Positions 1 through 11,886 of a stretch of DNA of 64,000 nt are shown piece after piece. Source of the stretch: Escherichia phage ST2; the sequence record OM982647; one strand, given 5' to 3'. Under the pieces are notes generated by a model. The model was not told where the DNA came from. It saw nothing but the letters and a program-made list of their open reading frames with translations, and searched no databases. The position numbers and the translations under genes were made by a program. Position 1 is the stretch's first letter. Every line of letters begins with the position of its first letter.

Positions 1-116
1 TGACGCGTGATAGTACAAAATACATTCAAGAGGTACACCGTAAAACTGCCGGGGTCTTAAAACTATAATGATTCGCAAATCATTAATCAGACAGTTCGAC
101 GGCTCCTCGATTTAAC

Positions 117-365
117 TTACTTCAGGGTAATAACAAAATGACGTACTGCTTTACGAGCCGCAGAAGCCAAAGGCTTAGCATATTTCAGTTCATCTTTTGC
201 TTCCAGTTCAGAGGCCAATACAGCTTGGGCAGGGTTCAGATGTTTGAAATAACGCAGGATTTCCAATGCTTCGGCTTCAACATCAATAGATGCACCGTAG
301 TTTTCGTGACCATTATTCCATGCGTTTCGTTGCAGTTCAAGAGCGTGTTGTAATTGTTTAATCAT
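117..365 (-). CDS. rIII: rIII-like lysis-inhibition accessory protein (82 aa)
   Basis: 82-aa ORF directly downstream of gene 31 as in T4; length equals T4 RIII; TATAAATA late-promoter motif just upstream on the same strand. Confidence 0.55.
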   Translation of the reverse strand: MIKQLQHALELQRNAWNNGHENYGASIDVEAEALEILRYFKHLNPAQAVLASELEAKDELKYAKPLASAARKAVRHFVITLK

Positions 366-481
366 TTTAAATTCTCAATTCGAGATAATATTTAGTAGCC
401 ACGTTCGTCTGAATTTCACCTTCTTTCGACAAGTCTCTCAGTTGTAGGCTACCGCTTAGAAGAGTGTTCTCTTCATATAGT

Positions 482-489
482 TATTTATA
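482..489 (-). promoter_or_regulatory. T4-type late promoter core TATAAATA (minus strand) upstream of rIII
   Basis: plus-strand tatttata = TATAAATA on minus strand, adjacent to gene 31 stop. Confidence 0.4.
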
Positions 490-822
490 TCACTTATAAA
501 GACACGGAATAGCTTTATAGTGGCATGTTACGAATTTCTGTTTAATTTCTTTAGGTTGTTTAAGTCCCAAAGCCACAAATGGATGTGGAACATTTCGAAT
601 TTGTCCAACTGGTAGTGGAGTCAAATCACCGACTTCAACAAAACCTTCAGGAACATCAGGACCTACAGAATGAACTACACATAGTTCAGGAACTTCACCT
701 TGAACACGTTTACCAATCACAAGTCCTGATTCGGTAACTTCTTCATCACCTGCTTGAGCGGGTTCAGAAACCAGAATAACATATTCACCAACAGCACGAA
801 TTGGGAGTTGTACTTCAGACAT
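490..822 (-). CDS. 31: gp31 head-assembly co-chaperonin (GroES-like)
   Basis: 110-aa translation [28 protein letters not shown]... matches recalled T4 gp31 nearly throughout. Confidence 0.9.
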   Translation of the reverse strand: MSEVQLPIRAVGEYVILVSEPAQAGDEEVTESGLVIGKRVQGEVPELCVVHSVGPDVPEGFVEVGDLTPLPVGQIRNVPHPFVALGLKQPKEIKQKFVTCHYKAIPCLYK

Positions 823-879
823 CTTATTTCCTTGTTGTTTGACGATAGATTAATAATACCATACTATTCGTAAAGCATA

Positions 880-1188
880 TTACATAAGAAGCAAACGTTC
901 AACCGGAGTACCATCAACCGAAATTACTTTATCAAGGCGGAAAGAACGCCACTGACCTAACTCGGTATCGAATGCTCGAACTGATTCACGAGGTTCATAA
1001 CGAACTTCTGTTGCCGGATTGTTATTTTCATATTTGACTTCAAGTTCATCGCGCGAAGCAAACATAGTGCGTACCTCGCCGTTAGCCTTTTCAAATACAA
1101 CACAATGAACGCCTACAGACAGAATAGTTTTAATACGTTCACGAAGAACCATAGTTTCTTGTTCAGTTAAAATCATATTATTCACCAC
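880..1188 (-). CDS. hypothetical early protein (31.1-like position)
   Basis: 102-aa ORF between gene 31 and cd; tight packing, same strand. Confidence 0.45.
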   Translation of the reverse strand: MVNNMILTEQETMVLRERIKTILSVGVHCVVFEKANGEVRTMFASRDELEVKYENNNPATEVRYEPRESVRAFDTELGQWRSFRLDKVISVDGTPVERLLLM

Positions 1189-1759
1189 AAAAGTTTCGAA
1201 TTTGTTCCCAATTCAGAGAACGAAGATTATTACGAGAGTACTGAATTACTTCAATACCAGCTTGTTTTAGAATGTCGGCCCAATTTTCAGGAGATCTGTC
1301 ATATAATTCTGCGTATACAACCTTTTTAATACCTGACTGCGTAATAGCTTTAGTGCAATCAGGACACGGAGAAAGCGTAGTATATAACGTAGCACCTTCA
1401 ATAGAATTACCTTTACGAGCTGCAAACAAAATTGCATTCAATTCCGCATGGATTTCATTATTAGCAGACCATGCACTATGAGCGGCCCGATGTTCTTTAG
1501 CCAAAACAAAATTATCCACCCGTCCAAATGCTGTAGTGCCTTCTTTATGCCCAGCAACGATGACCGGGCTTGGTTTATTCTTCAACCAACCGTTTTCGGA
1601 TGCATGTTCGCAACAGTTTGTACCACCTGAAGGAGAGCCATTATAACCTGTAGAAATAATGCGTCCATCTTTTTCAATGACGGCACCAACTTTCCATGAA
1701 CAACATTTTGATTCTTGAGAAATCAGATATGCAATCTGAAGGTATGTGCTAGCTTTCAT
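1178..1759 (-). CDS. cd: dCMP deaminase
   Basis: 193 aa with cytidine/dCMP deaminase zinc motifs HAE...PCPDC (EIHAELNAI...SPCPDC); T4 cd position. Confidence 0.9.
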   Translation of the reverse strand: MKASTYLQIAYLISQESKCCSWKVGAVIEKDGRIISTGYNGSPSGGTNCCEHASENGWLKNKPSPVIVAGHKEGTTAFGRVDNFVLAKEHRAAHSAWSANNEIHAELNAILFAARKGNSIEGATLYTTLSPCPDCTKAITQSGIKKVVYAELYDRSPENWADILKQAGIEVIQYSRNNLRSLNWEQIRNFCGE

Positions 1760-2751
1760 TATTGAACCTTATTAATATAAGTTAACAGCTCTTTAGTTTG
1801 TTCCCAACTGATGCACGCATCGGTAATGGAAACGCCATAGGACATATTATCAGAAATTTTTTGATTTCCTTCATGTAGGAATGATTCTATCATAATTCCT
1901 TTGACCAAATCATTAGCTGCTAAATTTTTACCAATACCAATTTGATTGCTATAATGCCCATCAGCGTTTGCATGGCTACAGTCAACCATTACATAATGAT
2001 TCAGACCTACTGCCCTTGCTTTGTTAGAAGCTTCTTGAATATCAGAAGAATGATAGTTCGGGCCGTTGGTCCCGCCACGCAATACGATATGCGTATTCTG
2101 ATTACCTTCAGCTTCAACAATGCCTACAGTACCATCGACGTCCATACCCATATACCGATGAGGCCAGGCGGCACTATACATCGCGTCTGTAGCTACTTTA
2201 ATAGAACCATTGGTTGCGTTCTTGAAGCCTACGCACATCGGTAGACCTGAAGCAATTTCACGATGTGTCTGACTTTCAGTCGTACGGGCGCCAATAGCAA
2301 CCCATGAGAAAATACCAGAAAGATACTTAATCGTGAATGGGTCTAATACTTCAGTTGCTAATGGAAGTCCCATACGTAGAAGTTTACGACACAATGTTCG
2401 TGCAACTATAAGACCGTGGTTCATATCAAAACTTCCGTCAAGATATGGATCATTTACAAGACCTTTCCAACCTACGGTAGTTCGAGGCTTTTCAAAATAA
2501 ACGCGCATCACTAACAGAACATTAGGAAGACGAGTTTGAAGTTCAGCCAGACGTTTGCCGTATTCAACAGCAGCAATAGGGTCATGAATTGAACAAGGAC
2601 CTACAACAATAAGTTTGCGTGGGTCTTCACCATTCATAATCGAATTAACTTGTTCGCGATGAGAAGCCACTTGTGATGCGTAAGCTTCCGACAAAGGAAT
2701 AATCTCAGCCAGTTCTTTTGGAGAAATAAGTTTTCCGACGACAGGTAACAT
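1759..2751 (-). CDS. 3-deoxy-D-arabino-heptulosonate-7-phosphate (DAHP) synthase, class I alpha (AroG/AroF-like)
   Basis: 330 aa; LIVVGPCSIHD, VMRVYFEKPRTTVGWKGL, IGARTTESQ(T)HRE, GFKN motifs align with recalled E. coli AroG over the whole length. Confidence 0.85.
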   Translation of the reverse strand: MLPVVGKLISPKELAEIIPLSEAYASQVASHREQVNSIMNGEDPRKLIVVGPCSIHDPIAAVEYGKRLAELQTRLPNVLLVMRVYFEKPRTTVGWKGLVNDPYLDGSFDMNHGLIVARTLCRKLLRMGLPLATEVLDPFTIKYLSGIFSWVAIGARTTESQTHREIASGLPMCVGFKNATNGSIKVATDAMYSAAWPHRYMGMDVDGTVGIVEAEGNQNTHIVLRGGTNGPNYHSSDIQEASNKARAVGLNHYVMVDCSHANADGHYSNQIGIGKNLAANDLVKGIMIESFLHEGNQKISDNMSYGVSITDACISWEQTKELLTYINKVQ

Positions 2752-2871
2752 AACAATCCTTAGGAGATATAAACAGATTCTGATTCAACAATACCTTTAA
2801 CCGGATTAGACAGGCTAAGTTGGTAGTGCTCAGATTTATGACCATTCTCGATAGTAATTAGATAGCTCTCA

Positions 2872-3108
2872 TTATAGTGTTCCATATACTCGAGTTGCTT
2901 CAACAAGACCATCACTGCCTAATTTAAGATTAGTAATTTGGTCACCATCTTTAGGATTAACGATTATGAGAAAAGAACGTGGAGATTCTTGAATAACTCG
3001 TAATGTTGCATCCTGGAAACGTTCAGATACTTTATTAATCAAAGTCTGAGCGAACTCTTTTACTTTAACATGAAATTCTTGAAGCGTGATAGGTTTTTCA
3101 CTTAACAT
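2872..3108 (-). CDS. hypothetical small early protein
   Basis: 78-aa ORF in compact minus-strand early gene array. Confidence 0.4.
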   Translation of the reverse strand: MLSEKPITLQEFHVKVKEFAQTLINKVSERFQDATLRVIQESPRSFLIIVNPKDGDQITNLKLGSDGLVEATRVYGTL

Positions 3109-3167
3109 TCTGTTTTCCTCATTGTGTTGGTAGAGTCATAGTATCACAACTCCACCATGTTGTAAAC

Positions 3168-3443
3168 TTAAATTGCAAAACATTTAATTTCTTGTGAATC
3201 GAAATCAACTTCGCACTGAATTACTAGTTCAGCATCAAGTCCAAACACAACAATCACATGAGCCGAGCTGGGCAACAGTGTAACAGACACAGAATCCACT
3301 TGGTCAGGCACCAGCGTATTCAAAACGTAGAGTAGTTCAGAGTGGATCTTAAGCTCGGTAGCCGTGTCCAGCTTATCAAAGAAATGATTTGCGATAATCT
3401 GACTAAAAACGACCTTTACAATTTCAGAATATTTAGGGAACAT
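3168..3443 (-). CDS. hypothetical small early protein
   Basis: 91-aa ORF, same strand array. Confidence 0.4.
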   Translation of the reverse strand: MFPKYSEIVKVVFSQIIANHFFDKLDTATELKIHSELLYVLNTLVPDQVDSVSVTLLPSSAHVIVVFGLDAELVIQCEVDFDSQEIKCFAI

Positions 3444-3450
3444 AATTACC

Positions 3451-3675
3451 TCAGTGTACAGTATTTACTTTAACTCGAACAACAAATTGCTCGGTCGGTT
3501 CGCCTACAGGAACAAACTCTACATGATATTCGCCTTTGTAACGAGTATTCAGGTCGTTACGAATTTCGGTAAGCTTGTTGATTAATGTAGAACTCATATT
3601 AAGTCCCACTAGTTTACGAAGCATTTTGTATGCTTCATCTTCGATTTCATGATGTTTATCGCACATAGTTTTCAT
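3451..3675 (-). CDS. hypothetical small early protein
   Basis: 74-aa ORF, same strand array. Confidence 0.4.
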   Translation of the reverse strand: MKTMCDKHHEIEDEAYKMLRKLVGLNMSSTLINKLTEIRNDLNTRYKGEYHVEFVPVGEPTEQFVVRVKVNTVH

Positions 3676-3846
3676 TTAACCATTCAATTGCCTGGTCGAC
3701 GTTATCAAATATACCACCGTCCAAACGTTCTTCATACTCATAGTCCAGCACATCAATACCGAACTGTCCATTTACTAAAGGCCAGGCTACAAACAAATAT
3801 TCTTTATGCTGTTCGATGGCCTCAATCACTTCATATAATCGTTTCA

Positions 3847-3847
<1 letters not shown>
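3656..3847 (-). CDS. hypothetical small early protein
   Basis: 63-aa ORF abutting pseT start. Confidence 0.35.
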
Positions 3848-4933
<1,086 letters not shown>

Positions 4934-4934
<1 letters not shown>

Positions 4935-5233
4935 TATTTTATTCCTAAGAAAGTTTCAAGAATACGAATGTTATGCTCGCGCCGGTCTTTATTAATTTCA
5001 GCAACGTTTTTATTAATTGACGTACTTCTAACGTTTGAAGAAATAAATTTAATCATATGACTTTTGAGTTGTTGCAAATCCAACCCTTTTTCTTTAGCAG
5101 CTTTACGAAGAGCTTTACCTGCTTCATCTAGTGCCTTTGCTGCATCTTTATCATAATTGCCAAGTGACATTCCACGGCAGATATCAATATACTCATCCGA
5201 CCGTTTGATGTAATTCTCTAGTAATGTTTTCAT
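4934..5233 (-). CDS. hypothetical protein
   Basis: 99-aa ORF; promoter-like element upstream. Confidence 0.4.
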
Positions 5234-5290
5234 TTAGATTTCCTCAATTATCCATAGGAGCATTATACTCTGCTCCCGAGAGTTTGTAAA

Positions 5291-5515
5291 CTATTTTACT
5301 AAAGATTCAATATACTCATGAAGAGCTTTAGTCGCTACTGCCCACTTATTCTGATATTCATTTTTCAGATTAGCACGAGACTGAACTAACAAGCGGTCAT
5401 TAGTCGGAGGCAAAGATTCTAATCGTTGAATCTGGCGCCCATAAATCATAGCCGCCATTTCAGATTCATAGATAAGCCCTTTAATGTATTCATGCTGTTC
5501 TTTAGTCATTGGCAT
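5291..5515 (-). CDS. hypothetical protein
   Basis: 74-aa ORF. Confidence 0.4.
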   Translation of the reverse strand: MPMTKEQHEYIKGLIYESEMAAMIYGRQIQRLESLPPTNDRLLVQSRANLKNEYQNKWAVATKALHEYIESLVK

Positions 5516-5796
5516 TTTTCCTCTTTTAAACCACTACGATAATAACATATCATAGTCTTCTGGTCATGTACATATCTTTTTACGTCATTTAACCAGATAC
5601 GAAATTCTTGAGAGTCTTCAAACGGCATTCCAACCCATGGATTACCATCAATAACCTTTACTTGCCATTTCTGGTTATATTCAACAATAGATTCAGGCCA
5701 TGACGGATGTAAAGTTTCTTTAGGGCTTAAGGGCACATCCTGGGCACATCCAGCCAAAATGCCAATAGATAATACAACTGCGGTTAATTTAATCAT
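5506..5796 (-). CDS. putative o-spanin (outer-membrane lipoprotein)
   Basis: 96 aa with signal peptide and lipobox LAGC; immediately downstream of and overlapping (ATGA) the i-spanin-like ORF; T4 pseT.2 position. Confidence 0.55.
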   Translation of the reverse strand: MIKLTAVVLSIGILAGCAQDVPLSPKETLHPSWPESIVEYNQKWQVKVIDGNPWVGMPFEDSQEFRIWLNDVKRYVHDQKTMICYYRSGLKEEKCQ

Positions 5797-6149
5797 TCTG
5801 AGAGCTTCCTGAGGTCTTCTGCAAAGGAATCGAAGGACTTGTTGATTTGTTTTTCGACCAATCCTGGTTTACTTGCCACCACGTTCTTCTTCTTCGAATC
5901 CTTACGGAGCTTTTCATTTTCGGCCTTAAGTTGGTCAACTAAAACACGGTTCTTATAAGTCATTTCTTCGATTGACTGATATTGAACCTTGAAGTCGTCT
6001 AATACTTTAGCATTGTTTTTAGCGGTCTCTTTGACAGAAGCTAATTCAGTATTCAACGAATCAACTTTGTTGTTTAAGACAACTATTGTTACCGTAGAAA
6101 CTAGAGCAAAAGCTGCTACTATAGCATAAATCGGATTTACTTTAAGCAT
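5793..6149 (-). CDS. putative i-spanin (inner-membrane anchored, coiled-coil periplasmic domain)
   Basis: 118 aa; N-terminal TM helix IYAIVAAFALVSTVTIVVL then charged coiled-coil-like region; T4 pseT.3 position next to alc. Confidence 0.55.
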   Translation of the reverse strand: MLKVNPIYAIVAAFALVSTVTIVVLNNKVDSLNTELASVKETAKNNAKVLDDFKVQYQSIEEMTYKNRVLVDQLKAENEKLRKDSKKKNVVASKPGLVEKQINKSFDSFAEDLRKLSE

Positions 6150-6637
6150 GTTTTAATAATCTCAATGATTTCATCTCGGGATAATCCATTGATAAGAACG
6201 GTTTTCAAACCATCACACTGGATTTTGTACGATTCAAACAATACACACAACTCTTCTGCTGTATGATACGGACTTGAAATTCCGAGGCGGTTGAATTTGT
6301 CGGTAAGAGGGTCGCAAATAATGTAGAATTTTATACCTGCGATATGTACGTTTGGTTGACTAATATTAATGAACACATTAGCGTCATATTTAGTCAAATT
6401 GTTTTGAAGAAATTCTACCATGGCATTAACTGCTTCCGGCATTGCTTCACGTTTCTCTTCAGCGTATCGGGTGGAATACTCTTTTTGTTTTACTTTCTTT
6501 TTAAGATTTTTGGCCAGTGTAACACGTAGGTCAGTAAGATAACCAACTGGACGTCCTTTCTTAAAGACCCGGATTCCGTCAGTTGTATCTCCAAAAGCGG
6601 TTACGACCATATCGTTAGTAATCAATTGCATATTCAT
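6137..6637 (-). CDS. alc: Alc-like protein (blocks transcription of unmodified cytosine DNA)
   Basis: position between spanins and rnlA as in T4; start chosen at internal Met (MNMQLIT...) giving 166 aa, close to T4 Alc (167 aa); the track ORF extends to 6700. Confidence 0.6.
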   Translation of the reverse strand: MNMQLITNDMVVTAFGDTTDGIRVFKKGRPVGYLTDLRVTLAKNLKKKVKQKEYSTRYAEEKREAMPEAVNAMVEFLQNNLTKYDANVFINISQPNVHIAGIKFYIICDPLTDKFNRLGISSPYHTAEELCVLFESYKIQCDGLKTVLINGLSRDEIIEIIKTCLK

Positions 6638-6699
6638 AATTTTCTCCTCGTGTTGTTGATAAAAGCCATAGTAACACCTTCCTTGGTGTTTGTAAACCA

Positions 6700-7833
<1,134 letters not shown>

Positions 7834-7847
7834 TCAGTTAGTTTTTT

Positions 7848-7883
7848 TTAAATTGTACCACAATCCTTGTGGTGTGTAAACTA
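7848..7883 (-). promoter_or_regulatory. early sigma70-type promoter (GTTTAC -35, TACAAT -10) with palindrome CCACAAGGATTGTGG in the spacer, upstream of rnlA
   Basis: minus-strand reading GTTTAC-N17-TACAAT about 30 nt upstream of rnlA ATG. Confidence 0.4.
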
Positions 7884-8291
7884 CTTTTTCTTATGTTGGA
7901 TATTCCAAGGCGGGTTGAACTTTTTGATAAAAAGCGGTTCTTCAAGGTCCATTGTTGCGATGGTCATTGAACCAAGTTCGTTGGTGACTGAAAGGTCAAA
8001 ACATTGGCGGGCCCAGAATTCAACCTTTTTTCCTTGCATTAAGGCATCCAAAATCATAAGTGATTTTCTTGAATCTGAAGTCTGGTCTTTTCGATTTATG
8101 GCTGTTCGATAATAGTTAATGCGTTTCTTTAAATTCTTGGTTTTACCAATATACACAAGTTCGTCATCTATAGCAATAGCGTATATGACATTTTTCTTAT
8201 TAGGGACATCAACTGTTTTAATTGTTGCATCTTCTAATAGCTCCAATTCTGTATATTTAATAAAGGAATATTCGGCGGCAATATCTTTCAT
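7881..8291 (-). CDS. denA: endonuclease II
   Basis: 136 aa (same as T4 DenA); GIY-YIG-like VIYAIAIDDELVYIGKT...; position between rnlA and nrdB. Confidence 0.8.
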   Translation of the reverse strand: MKDIAAEYSFIKYTELELLEDATIKTVDVPNKKNVIYAIAIDDELVYIGKTKNLKKRINYYRTAINRKDQTSDSRKSLMILDALMQGKKVEFWARQCFDLSVTNELGSMTIATMDLEEPLFIKKFNPPWNIQHKKK

Positions 8292-8299
8292 AATAAAGT

Positions 8300-8313
8300 G
8301 GGACCGAAGTCCC
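8300..8313 (-). terminator. tetraloop hairpin GGGACttcgGTCCC between nrdB and denA
   Basis: perfect 5-bp GC-rich stem with UUCG-type loop on transcribed strand. Confidence 0.35.
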
Positions 8314-8317
8314 GTCC

Positions 8318-9493
8318 TTAGAAATATTTTTTGTATGAATTGATTACATTTTGGTCTACATCATTATCAATTTGTGCGACAAGATAAGAACTGATTTCAA
8401 CTTCCTGAGGAGCTGCTTGAACTAAATCAGAGTTCAGATATTCACGAATCCAAGGATACGGATGTTTGGTCGGAGCATCAGTGATTGGGCATGGCAAACC
8501 ACACTGTTTCATACGAGACACAGTCAAGTAATCAACAAAAGCACACATACTCTGCGTATTGATACCCGGACATGTACCATCTTTAAAGAGGTGTGCAGCC
8601 CATTCCTTCTCTTGTCTATTTACTTCCATAAAAATGTCAACTGCTTCTTGTTCACATTCTTTAGCAATTTGAACCCACTCATCACCATCGGTACCGGACT
8701 GAAGTTGACGGATAATGTACTGAGTACCCTTGAGGTGGAGTTGTTCGTCGCGAGCAATGAACTTCATAATCTTTGCATTACCTTCCATAATTTCCATATT
8801 TTTATGGAAGTTGAAAGTACATGCAAATGATACGTAAAAACGAATAGCTTCTAAGGCGTTGATAACATGCAAACAGAGATAAAGAGACTTCATTAAATCA
8901 CGCTTGGCGTTAAACATTATTTCTTCGTACATCTCAATATCATTCTGCTGGCATGAGCCTATTGAATACTCATAATTTTCCTTAGCATTTTCCCAATGAC
9001 GAGTCTTGACTAGAACATCATCATAATATTTGCCGATTGATTCCGCACGTTTCATAATTGCTTCATCTAATACAATCTCATCAAATACCTTCGATGGATC
9101 AGTATAAAGATTTCGCATGATATGAGTATATGAACGAGAGTGAATGGTTTCACTGAATGTCCATGTAGCAACCCATGTATCTAATGAAGGGTCGGAAAGC
9201 AATGCCATAAGTACCGCAGATGGTGCCCTGCCTTGGATAGAATCCAATAATGATTGATACTTAAGGTTGTTCGTAAAGATGTTCTGTTGGAACTGTGGAA
9301 GCTTATTGAACTGCGCAGAGTCCAACATCAAGTTTACCTCTTCAGGGCGCCAAAAAAACGACAATTGCTTTTCAATAAGCTCTTCAAAAACTTTATGGCG
9401 TTGAATATCGTAACGCGCCAGACCAAGACCGGAACCGAAGAACATTGGTTCATTCAAAACATCAACTTTTTGGGTATTAAAAACTGTACTCAT
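8318..9493 (-). CDS. nrdB: ribonucleotide reductase small (beta) subunit, intronless
   Basis: 391 aa continuous ORF with di-iron/tyrosyl radical class Ia R2 features; T4 position; no interrupting intron. Confidence 0.9.
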   Translation of the reverse strand: MSTVFNTQKVDVLNEPMFFGSGLGLARYDIQRHKVFEELIEKQLSFFWRPEEVNLMLDSAQFNKLPQFQQNIFTNNLKYQSLLDSIQGRAPSAVLMALLSDPSLDTWVATWTFSETIHSRSYTHIMRNLYTDPSKVFDEIVLDEAIMKRAESIGKYYDDVLVKTRHWENAKENYEYSIGSCQQNDIEMYEEIMFNAKRDLMKSLYLCLHVINALEAIRFYVSFACTFNFHKNMEIMEGNAKIMKFIARDEQLHLKGTQYIIRQLQSGTDGDEWVQIAKECEQEAVDIFMEVNRQEKEWAAHLFKDGTCPGINTQSMCAFVDYLTVSRMKQCGLPCPITDAPTKHPYPWIREYLNSDLVQAAPQEVEISSYLVAQIDNDVDQNVINSYKKYF

Positions 9494-9543
9494 TATATTC
9501 TCTCAATAGTGACTCATCCATGAGTCAATTATAAACAAAATTC

Positions 9544-11799
9544 TTAAAGCTTACAAGCGGAGCAATCTTCAGCTTTAGGCGTTTCTAACTCATAGTCATC
9601 TGTACCAGAACCATCTCGAGTGTTATGATAGTAAAGGTTCTTACCACCAAAGTACCAGAAGTAAAGCAAGTCATCAAGCATTACAGACATTGGCACTTTG
9701 CCTTTCTCAAAGACTGAAGGGTCGTAGTATGTATTAGCAGAAGCAGATTGGCACACCCATTTTAACATGATAACAACTTGTGTCAGATAAGGCTTATTAC
9801 CTTTCTTAGCGAGTTTCCACGCATAGTCATAAAGACCCATGTTGTGTTCAATATTAGGAACTACTTGACGGAAATTACCTTCTTTAGATTCTTTAATACT
9901 TACTGGGCCACGAGGTGGTTCAATACCATTTGTGCTATTTGAGACCTGGCTGCTTGATTCGCATGGCATGAGAGCACTGAGTGTACTGTTACGAATCCCG
10001 TGTTCTTTAAGTTCGGCTCGTAGTTCTTCCCAATCACATACATAGTTTGGGGCTGCGATTTGGTCAATCTTTTTATTGTACCAGTCGATAGGTAATTCGC
10101 CTCGAGACCATTTAGTGTCTGAATAATACTCGCAACGTCCTTTTTCTTTGGCAAGTTTGATTGACGCTTTGATAAGGCCATATTGTAATCTCTCAAACAA
10201 TTCATGAGTCAAATCGTTAGCATCTTCATATGAAGCAAAGTTAGAAGCTAACCAGGCTGCATAGTTAGTAACACCAACACCTAGGTTTCGACGCTTTTTA
10301 GCTTTTAAAGCTTCTGGAACCGGATAATCTTGATAGTCTAACAAGTTATCAAGTGCACGTACTTGCACTTCAGCAAGTTCATTAATTTTATCTTGGTCTT
10401 GCCAATCAAATTTATCAAGAACAAAAGCAGAAAGAGTGCAAAGTCCAATTTCTGCGTCAGGACTATTAACATCATTAGTTGGAATAGCTATTTCACAACA
10501 TAGATTGCTCTGACGAATAGGAGCTTTTTCACGAATAAATGGAGTGTAGTTATTTGTGTTATCAACAAACTGTGGATAAATTCGAGCAGTGCCAGAACGT
10601 TCAGTCATGAACAATTCAAAGAGTTCTAGTGCTTTGATTCTTTTCTTTCTGATTGTTGGATCTTTTTCAGCTTTCTCATAAAGCTCACGGAATTTATCTT
10701 GATCTTCAAAGAACGAGTAGTATAGTTCGCCTGACATTTCGTGAGGGCTAAATAAAGTAATATAATCATTTTTACCAAGGCGTTCCATCATAAGGTCATT
10801 AATCTGAATTCCGTAGTCCATATGTCGAATACGGTTTTCATCCACGCCTTTGTTATTTTTCAGAACTAATAGGTTCTCTACTTCTAAGTGCCACATCGGA
10901 TAATACGCTGTAGCAGCACCGCCACGAATACCACCTTGAGAACAAGATTTTACTGCAGTTTGGAAATGTTTCCAGAATGGAATAACACCCGTATGTCGAA
11001 CTTCACCCATACCGATCTTAGAACCTTCCGCACGAAGCATACCAACGTTGATACCGATACCAGCTCGTTTAGAAATATATTCGATAATTGATGCTGAAGT
11101 TTTGTTAATAGATTTTAACGAATCACCAGCTTCAATAACTACACAACTAGAGAACTGGCGAGTCGGAGTACGAGCACCTGCCATAATTGGAGTAGGCAAT
11201 GAAACTTGATGAGTAGAAACGGCATCATAAAAACGAATAATATGTTTCAAACGGTCACGAGTTTCGTCTTGATGTAAAGCCATGCCAATAGCCATAATAG
11301 CAAACTGTGGAGTTTCATAAATCTTCCCAGTTGTTTTATCTTTAACTAGATATTTTTCTTTAAGCTGCATAGCGCCAGCATAAGTCAGGTCAAAGTCTCG
11401 TTCATGTTTAATCTGTGAATCGAGATAAATGATTTCTTCTGCAGAATATCTAGACAACAACTCAGGGTCGTATTTGCCTTCATTAACACAATAAGAAATA
11501 TGGTCGATAAAAGCAGGCGGTTCAAACTGCCCATATACATCTTTACGAAGTGCAAACATTAGCCCTTTGGCGGCGACATACTGATAATCAGGTTCTTCGA
11601 CAGAAATCGAGTTAGCTGCAACTTTAATACAAATCTTCTGGATATCTTTGGTGCTCATCCCATCAACAAGATGGGTCTTAATTTCTTCGTACAATTCATA
11701 TGGGTCAATTTGTGTTCCTTCACATTGCCAAGTTAATACTTGAATAATTTTCTGTGCATCAAAATTTTGGGATACACCACTGCTCTTAGTTACTTGCAT
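9544..11799 (-). CDS. nrdA: ribonucleotide reductase large (alpha) subunit
   Basis: 751 aa class Ia R1-like; C-terminal CxxC tail; T4 NrdA about 754 aa. Confidence 0.95.
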   Translation of the reverse strand: MQVTKSSGVSQNFDAQKIIQVLTWQCEGTQIDPYELYEEIKTHLVDGMSTKDIQKICIKVAANSISVEEPDYQYVAAKGLMFALRKDVYGQFEPPAFIDHISYCVNEGKYDPELLSRYSAEEIIYLDSQIKHERDFDLTYAGAMQLKEKYLVKDKTTGKIYETPQFAIMAIGMALHQDETRDRLKHIIRFYDAVSTHQVSLPTPIMAGARTPTRQFSSCVVIEAGDSLKSINKTSASIIEYISKRAGIGINVGMLRAEGSKIGMGEVRHTGVIPFWKHFQTAVKSCSQGGIRGGAATAYYPMWHLEVENLLVLKNNKGVDENRIRHMDYGIQINDLMMERLGKNDYITLFSPHEMSGELYYSFFEDQDKFRELYEKAEKDPTIRKKRIKALELFELFMTERSGTARIYPQFVDNTNNYTPFIREKAPIRQSNLCCEIAIPTNDVNSPDAEIGLCTLSAFVLDKFDWQDQDKINELAEVQVRALDNLLDYQDYPVPEALKAKKRRNLGVGVTNYAAWLASNFASYEDANDLTHELFERLQYGLIKASIKLAKEKGRCEYYSDTKWSRGELPIDWYNKKIDQIAAPNYVCDWEELRAELKEHGIRNSTLSALMPCESSSQVSNSTNGIEPPRGPVSIKESKEGNFRQVVPNIEHNMGLYDYAWKLAKKGNKPYLTQVVIMLKWVCQSASANTYYDPSVFEKGKVPMSVMLDDLLYFWYFGGKNLYYHNTRDGSGTDDYELETPKAEDCSACKL

Positions 11800-11886
11800 A
11801 TATTCCTCAGTATAGGTTGATAGACATTACTCCAAACGGGATAGTATTTATCCCGTTAATTTATTATACACTTTTAAACTGAAGCG

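Noticed and set aside
138-353. Plus-strand ORFs lying entirely inside minus-strand genes of the early region (e.g. 138..353, 1272..1481, 1942..2244, 4525..4995, 7238..7762, 8462..8830, 14723..15139, 16881..17144, 37049..37345, 47164..47649, 57522..57887)
   Set aside because: They are antisense to ORFs with strong protein-level identity to known T4 proteins, lack ribosome-binding sites, and have low-complexity translations; treated as spurious.
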